Source: Candidatus Liminaster caballi
GTDB taxonomy: Bacteria; Bacteroidota; Bacteroidia; Bacteroidales; UBA3663
NCBI GenBank assembly: GCA_018065085.1
Contig: JAGHUA010000031.1
Span: forward strand, 2,288 to 66,287
Length of the DNA: 64,000 bases
Direction: 5' to 3'
The position numbers and the translations under genes were made by a program. This document shows positions 58,939 through 64,000 of the stretch, piece after piece. Below the pieces are notes generated by a model. It was given only the letters and a program-made list of their open reading frames with translations, did not search any database and was not told the DNA's origin. Numbering within the stretch: the stretch's first letter is position 1; each line of letters opens with the position of its first letter.

Positions 58939-59329
58939 AAATCAAACCTCCTTTCCTTTGACAGAAAGCTTTGGCATAAATTGATTGAGGAAGGCTTCCA
59001 CTTCCTGTCTGGTCTTGATCATTGGTGAGCGATTGGTTGTTGATATTTGGCGCAAAGATAGTATAAAAGATTTTAAAAAGCAAATGATATCACGAAAAAG
59101 TGAAGATATAACATAAAATAAATAATATAAAACACGAAATAATACATATGACTAACAATTAAGGAGATGAAATAATCTATGATCTCATCGATGATAAGAC
59201 GGTCGAATAACCTTCAGCAGGTAAACGATCTTCGGCGAGTTCCTCTGCTGCTAAAGGATATGTGAGAAAGCGTAAATTGCAGAAACTACCGACATTGAGC
59301 ATTATCCAAATGTTTTAGATATTTTTCTT

Positions 59330-59411
59330 TCATTCCCGCAATTTAATTTGATAAAGATTCTATCATTCCCCGAATTTTATTTATATGTTTTAATATCATT
59401 CCCTGAATTTT
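59330..59411. repeat. Three 33-bp-spaced direct repeats TCATTCCCnnAATTT
   Basis: Copies start at 59330, 59363 and 59396, in the AT-rich gap between the Panacea-domain gene and blaI-like gene. Confidence 0.6.
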
Positions 59412-59640
59412 GTTACAAGACATACTAAATTGACATCAGTGGATTTCGACGTAAAGTATCAAATAAAGAACAATCTTTCACAACGGTATATTGTAAAACC
59501 TACTACAAAAATCGTATTTACCAACAAATATATATACTATTTTTTACGTAGAAACATTAATAATCCTTAAAACCAACGAGAAATGGAGAGAAAAAAGTCA
59601 ACTACTATTAAATGGATTTGGAAGATATTTTTAGAACTAC

Positions 59641-59648
59641 TATCTTTG
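59641..59648 (+). promoter_or_regulatory. -7 box TATCTTTG (plus strand) for the BlaI-like gene
   Basis: It lies 43 nt upstream of ATG 59691. Confidence 0.4.
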
Positions 59649-59690
59649 CCGTACGAAAATCGCATTATTAACCATAAAATAATAGTTGAT

Positions 59691-60074
59691 ATGAGTAACG
59701 AACCAAAGACCAAACAGTTGACCAAAGCAGAACTGCACCTGATGAATATCCTCTGGGACAAAGGTGAAGCTACCGTGCAACAGTTGCACGACGTTTTGGA
59801 GGAACCTAAGCCTGCCTACACTACCACTCTTACAGTGATGCAAGTGCTGACCAAGAAGAACATCGTGACCTTCGAGAAGCGAGGTAAGGCCAATGTATAT
59901 AAGCCACTCCTTACGCGCGAAGAATATATAAATGAGTTTATGGACGATGCCAAGGAAAATGTCTTCGGTGGTTCTATCCGCTCATTCTTCTCATTCTTTG
60001 CCAAGAGCGAGAAGATTGACAAAGAGGAGCTCAAGGCTATTCTCAAGGAGATGATCGAAGAGGATAATTTATAA
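59691..60074 (+). CDS. BlaI/MecI/CopY-family transcriptional repressor
   Basis: LTKAELHLMNILWDKGEATVQQLHDVL...YTTTLTVMQVLTKKNIV is a winged-helix segment. ATG 59691 (MSNEPKTK) is preferred over the ORF-track start at 59583. Confidence 0.85.
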   Translation: MSNEPKTKQLTKAELHLMNILWDKGEATVQQLHDVLEEPKPAYTTTLTVMQVLTKKNIVTFEKRGKANVYKPLLTREEYINEFMDDAKENVFGGSIRSFFSFFAKSEKIDKEELKAILKEMIEEDNL

Positions 60075-60085
60075 ATGATAAAGTT

Positions 60086-62695
60086 ATGACTGAATTACTG
60101 ATTACTTACGCCCAATTCCTGGGTGCATCCGCCTTACTTGTGACTTTCTATTGGGTGGTGCTTCGTCATCGTGCCAGTTACAAACTTAGCCGACTCTATC
60201 TGATCGGGGTGCCGATGCTGAGTGCTATGATGTGTGGGTTGAAGTTCGAAGTGGAAGTGCCAGCAATGCCTTTCCTGACAGAAACCGAAGCTATGACATC
60301 TAAAATTACACAAGCGTTAATAATCAATGAGCCGCAATACAATAGCATAACAGAAACCGTCAGCGCGCCAGAGTCGTCATCTGCCATTGAGGTCCCAATG
60401 ATAAAGGAGCCACAGGCGGAAAAGTCACAGGTCAATATAGACTATGCAGCCATTATCCGCATCATCGTTCCTCTAATTTCTATCATCTTCTTGCTCATAG
60501 CTGCATTCCATATCATCAAACTGCTTTGCATCAAGCAGAAGTTACCTGTCGAAACTACCGCAGAAGGCTATGAACTGATACATTCCTCAGCCGTGCAGAC
60601 GCCATTCTCATTCGGCAAGACCATCTTCCTGCCTGAAGGGCTGGATGCCGACCGTGAATCGTATATCGTCTGTCATGAAAAGGCTCACATCACTCACGGC
60701 CATTATATAGATGTGTGGATCGCAGAAATCCTCGCGCGTATGTTCTGGTTTAATCCTTTTGTGTGGTTCTGCCGCTCGGAACTGAGTAACGTCCACGAAT
60801 TCGAGGCTGACAATGACGTTATCGTGAGTGGCGCAGATATTCTTGCCTATCAGACCACTTTGCTCGAAATGGTTATGAACGAAAGTTCGCCAGTGGTCAG
60901 TGGGTTCAATCATTCTTTTATACGACAAAGATTCATCGAGATGAAAAAATCAACTGTCAATACCCTCGGCCGAATGGGTAAGTTCGGCACTGCAGCATGG
61001 GTCATTGCACTCATCTGCCTTTTTACGATCTCGTTCAAGCCTGTAAAGGCAAATACTGTCCCTGAGCTCAAAGATCCGCAGCTATTCACCATCATCGGTC
61101 ATGTGGATGAGAATATCACTGACTCATGCTACAACATCTACCTGTCGGACGAGTATTTCCACATCGATGGAGAAAAGCCGGTGGCATGTGTTCCTGTGGT
61201 CGATAAGCAGTTCCGCTATGAGATTCCACTCACCAAGACCCTCGCAGGACGCTTACGCTGTATCTTCCCAGGAGGAGAGCTTTGTGAGTCATGGATCGAT
61301 CTCTTCTTTGTCCCTGGCACAACGGTTGATCTGACAGTGCACAATGGCAACTATACCCTCCTTTATCCCGATGATAACTATGAGAACTATGATAATCGTC
61401 TCCGTCGTGCTATTTATGCCACACGTAAAGCCACAAACTGGGAGTCGCCACACATAGAGAAAATAGATGGCCAGCGTTGGGTGAAGCCTGAGCAGAGCTG
61501 TCAGAACGGATACATGGGCCTTCACGTTCAGGAGGTGATCTTCAATGACAAAGAGACTGTCCTCCGTCTTGTAACTGACTTTAATACAGGTAATCTGAGT
61601 TTCTCCAGTCGTTCATATCTGACTGATGAACAGGGTAATCAATATAAGCTCCTGCGTGCCATCTCAGGCAGCGAACTCGATGAGAACTGTAGCAAGCAGG
61701 CACATGTGTTTGGCGGACTCTATGCCTTCGAACCACTGCCAAAAGGTATTAAGACCTTCTCATTCTTCAATGGTCCTGATGGAGTAAGAAATGTGACTCA
61801 TATCACAGAGGCAAAGCCAACAGATGAGACTCCGAACTTTAAGCTCAACATCACCGCTACGCCTGGAATCGGTGATTCTGGCTATCTGATCATCTGCAGG
61901 AACAAATGGGGATCTTATGAGCAATTGGACGATATCGCTCTGGACGGCAACCGACAGTGCTCATTCAGCATGCACCTCGACTCACTCTTGGAAGGTGTCG
62001 TTCAGGCCACTTTTCCCGACGGATCGGTATGTCGTTACGTAATGTCATTCCCATTCATCCCAGGTGAAACAGCCGAGCTGACAGTCAAAAATGGTGTCTT
62101 CAGCCTCACGGGTACAAACTTCTATAAGCGATGGTACGATGCAGATGAACTCTTTGAGAATGCCAAGCGTTTCCATACACCCGAAGAGACCCATAAGATC
62201 GTCATCGATTACATCAAGGAGCATTCGTCTGATGAGGCTTGCTTCCGCTACTTCCAGAAAGAGTACTTGTCCTGTCAGGAACTCGTAACACTCGCCTCAG
62301 AATCACTACTCGCCACGGATTACGGCCAGCAGTTGAAAAGAGTTGCTGCACATGAAGCCAAACTTCAGAGCGAAGCCAACGAACCATTAGTCATCCTTTT
62401 CAAGAAGACAAATGAAGACATGTACTCCGCAGATATAATAGATATAGAGGAATATGAAGCATATCTTGCTAATCCGATACCTGGCTATGCTATTTTCCGA
62501 TACGAGCCTGGCGATCCAGACATTCCATTTTATATAGCAGATCATCCAAGGGTAATAAACCATGGCTTGATTCAGATTCAGCCAAAGGATTGGCCAAAGG
62601 CAGAACGATTCAAACCGCAGGAACCTGCCACAAAGAATGGCCAGCGTTCAACTGAGCCACAACAGGTCGGTTGGTCGAAAGCTGCTGTCCAATAA
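60086..62695 (+). CDS. BlaR1/M56-family membrane metalloprotease sensor, 869 aa
   Basis: It has N-terminal TM helices, the HExxH motif HEKAHITHGH, and a downstream EFEAD. The ~540-aa C-terminal extracytoplasmic region is unassigned. Confidence 0.85.
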   Translation: MTELLITYAQFLGASALLVTFYWVVLRHRASYKLSRLYLIGVPMLSAMMCGLKFEVEVPAMPFLTETEAMTSKITQALIINEPQYNSITETVSAPESSSAIEVPMIKEPQAEKSQVNIDYAAIIRIIVPLISIIFLLIAAFHIIKLLCIKQKLPVETTAEGYELIHSSAVQTPFSFGKTIFLPEGLDADRESYIVCHEKAHITHGHYIDVWIAEILARMFWFNPFVWFCRSELSNVHEFEADNDVIVSGADILAYQTTLLEMVMNESSPVVSGFNHSFIRQRFIEMKKSTVNTLGRMGKFGTAAWVIALICLFTISFKPVKANTVPELKDPQLFTIIGHVDENITDSCYNIYLSDEYFHIDGEKPVACVPVVDKQFRYEIPLTKTLAGRLRCIFPGGELCESWIDLFFVPGTTVDLTVHNGNYTLLYPDDNYENYDNRLRRAIYATRKATNWESPHIEKIDGQRWVKPEQSCQNGYMGLHVQEVIFNDKETVLRLVTDFNTGNLSFSSRSYLTDEQGNQYKLLRAISGSELDENCSKQAHVFGGLYAFEPLPKGIKTFSFFNGPDGVRNVTHITEAKPTDETPNFKLNITATPGIGDSGYLIICRNKWGSYEQLDDIALDGNRQCSFSMHLDSLLEGVVQATFPDGSVCRYVMSFPFIPGETAELTVKNGVFSLTGTNFYKRWYDADELFENAKRFHTPEETHKIVIDYIKEHSSDEACFRYFQKEYLSCQELVTLASESLLATDYGQQLKRVAAHEAKLQSEANEPLVILFKKTNEDMYSADIIDIEEYEAYLANPIPGYAIFRYEPGDPDIPFYIADHPRVINHGLIQIQPKDWPKAERFKPQEPATKNGQRSTEPQQVGWSKAAVQ

Positions 62696-62701
62696 AAAAG
62701 T

Positions 62702-62739
62702 GTCAACCGAAACGAAAACTTATTTTCGTCCCGGTTGAC
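62702..62739 (+). terminator. Compound hairpin after the BlaR1-like gene
   Basis: Outer stem GTCAACCG / CGGTTGAC and inner stem ACGAAAA / TTTTCGT. It starts 7 nt after the stop. Confidence 0.55.
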
Positions 62740-62913
62740 ATTATTGTCTTCAATAGTTTGCATAGATTGATAAATATATTTTATTCACAAATTACCTAAA
62801 TATTTGTGAGTGCAAAGGTAATAATTATTTTTTGGAAAACAACCAATGAAGGCAAAGAAAATACACTTTCACTCGTCTTTTAGTGTCCTTTTTTGTTCAA
62901 ATAATGAAAATTT

Positions 62914-63414
62914 TTATCTTATCTGATACGTCGCGTTGACCTCTGACGTGCATTTCTGATGCGAGGCTCTCACATCTTTGAAACGTACCTTTTCTACGCG
63001 ATTGAAGTAGTTATTCAGACAGTTAACGCTGGCGAAACCGGTGCGTTGTGCCACCTCTGCTGGCGTGAGACTGGTCTTGATGATAAGTTCGAAAAGCAGT
63101 CGATGGCGGTAATCGCGCAATAGTTTGATGAGATTACATCCGAAATGTACGTGAACGCACACGTTGAGTTCTTTTTCATTTACTCCCATTCGGTTTGCTA
63201 CTGTCGATGATGAAAAGTCATTCAATGTGCATAGTGTGCGCATCAGTTCGTCCATCAGACGGCTTTCTGTGGCCGGGCGGATGCTCGAAAGGATTTCGTA
63301 GTCATTCATCAATGTGTAAAGTCCATTGCCGAGAGGTTTTAACGGACTTACATAAACGTGGTCAAGGGTCAGATAAGGCTTAAACATAGTGCTTAATATT
63401 GTTGAAGTGTTCAA
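62914..63414 (-). CDS. AraC-type HTH domain protein, ~157-166 aa
   Basis: The C-terminal half resembles HTH_18 (LIKLLRDYRHRLLFELIIKTSLTPAEVAQRTGFASVNCLNNYFNR). The ORF-track start is TTG 63414. The first ATG is at 63387. Confidence 0.7.
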   Translation of the reverse strand: MNTSTILSTMFKPYLTLDHVYVSPLKPLGNGLYTLMNDYEILSSIRPATESRLMDELMRTLCTLNDFSSSTVANRMGVNEKELNVCVHVHFGCNLIKLLRDYRHRLLFELIIKTSLTPAEVAQRTGFASVNCLNNYFNRVEKVRFKDVRASHQKCTSEVNATYQIR

Positions 63415-63420
63415 ATAATG

Positions 63421-63660
63421 ATTTTTTACATCACAAGTATACTAGGAGTGTCGAAAATTTAATTTTTTACATCGCAAGTATACTAAGAGTGTCGAAAATT
63501 TATTTTTTTACATCGCAAGTATACTAAGAGTGTCGAAAATTTGATTTTTTACATCGCAAGTATACTAGGAGTGTCGAAAATTTGATTTTTCACATCACAA
63601 GTATACTAGGAGTGTCAAAAAAAGATTTTTTTACATCGCAAGTATACTTGGAATGATTTT
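63421..63660. repeat. Six tandem copies of a 41-bp unit
   Basis: TACATC anchors lie at 63427, 63468, 63509, 63550, 63591 and 63632, an exact 41-bp period. The unit is TACATCGCAAGTATACTAGGAGTGTCGAAAATTTGATTTTT and contains the palindrome AGTATACT. Confidence 0.9.
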
Positions 63661-63747
63661 TTTATATTCTGCGGCAAAGATAAGCTTTTATTATCAAACC
63701 AGAACATTTTTTTCGATATTTCTGCACTATTGGTAGCTATTCCATCA

Positions 63748-63999
63748 TTAATTTACGCTGATATCACCACTTCCGCGTACATTTTTGTTCAGATTTTTGA
63801 TATTTCCCTTAATTCGGATGTCTCCGCTGCCGGTCACGTTGGCATTTACCAGTTCGCAGTCATTGCAACGCACTTCGATGTCACCTGATCCCACAACAAG
63901 AAGGTCGGTCGCTTTCACTCTCTGCTGGTTTACCTTGATGTCGCCTGAACCGCGCAGTTCGTAGTTAGCTATGATACTCTCGATGCTTTTGATATTCAC
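63748..63999 (-). CDS. DUF2807 / head-GIN-like repeat protein, C-terminal part only
   Basis: GSGDI repeats about every 20 aa (RGSGDIKV, VGSGDIEV, TGSGDIRI, RGSGDISV). The gene continues beyond the window edge. Confidence 0.55.
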   Translation of the reverse strand: MNIKSIESIIANYELRGSGDIKVNQQRVKATDLLVVGSGDIEVRCNDCELVNANVTGSGDIRIKGNIKNLNKNVRGSGDISVN

Positions 64000-64000
64000 G

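Noticed and set aside
58942-59022. 26-codon ORF (MIKTRQEVEAFLNQFMPKLSVKGKEV) just upstream of the Panacea-domain gene as a candidate toxin
   Set aside because: It is too short and featureless to call, and nothing supports it beyond its position. It is mentioned only as something to test in the orphan-antitoxin finding.
63421-63660. Possible CRISPR array, given regularly spaced repeats with a palindromic core
   Set aside because: The units are contiguous (41-bp period, no unique spacers). No cas genes or leader are present. It is a simple tandem repeat.

Overview
Bacteroidales-type chromosome segment, judged from the many TAnnTTTG -7 promoter boxes and from DUF3575, BlaI/BlaR1 and HTH_17-plus-integrase gene content. 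Prevotellaceae is only a guess. All domain calls come from motif recognition by eye; no searches were run.

Layout:
(i) 1-17.4 kb: a visibly AT-rich accessory/defence island, almost entirely on the minus strand. It holds three paralogous PD-(D/E)xK (PDDEXK_4-like) genes (two intact, one truncated, plus a 12-codon relic) interleaved with LRR, Sel1/TPR and DUF4268-like proteins. It also holds a GmrSD-like DUF262/DUF1524 enzyme, an HExxH-protein/acidic-protein operon split by an IS4-family element, and a tripartite HipB-HipS-HipT-like module.
(ii) 17.5-21.3 kb: GC-richer core genes (Ser/Thr kinase, DUF1566-like lipoprotein, one hypothetical).
(iii) 21.34-29.55 kb: an 8.2-kb integrase-borne island bounded by a perfect 20-bp direct repeat that duplicates the 3' end of der. 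Its only cargo is a retron-type reverse transcriptase with an upstream inverted-repeat-flanked ncRNA, plus an AAA+ ATPase / S8 subtilase pair (IetAS-like). This is my top candidate for an undescribed composite defence system.
(iv) 29.5-39.2 kb: core genes (der, GH2 beta-galactosidase, era, fabH, rpmF, DUF177, histidine kinase).
(v) 39.2-51.5 kb: a five-gene envelope operon. It includes a ~1370-aa protein built from seven tandem small beta-barrel-like repeats, two DUF3575 barrels, a giant OmpA-motif protein and a TPR-like protein.
(vi) 51.9-64 kb: U32 peptidase, nadA, a TrmH-family methyltransferase, mutS, an orphan MqsA-Panacea antitoxin-like gene, a BlaI/BlaR1 pair, and an AraC-type regulator preceded by six phased 41-bp tandem repeats.

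No rRNA, tRNA or CRISPR array was seen.
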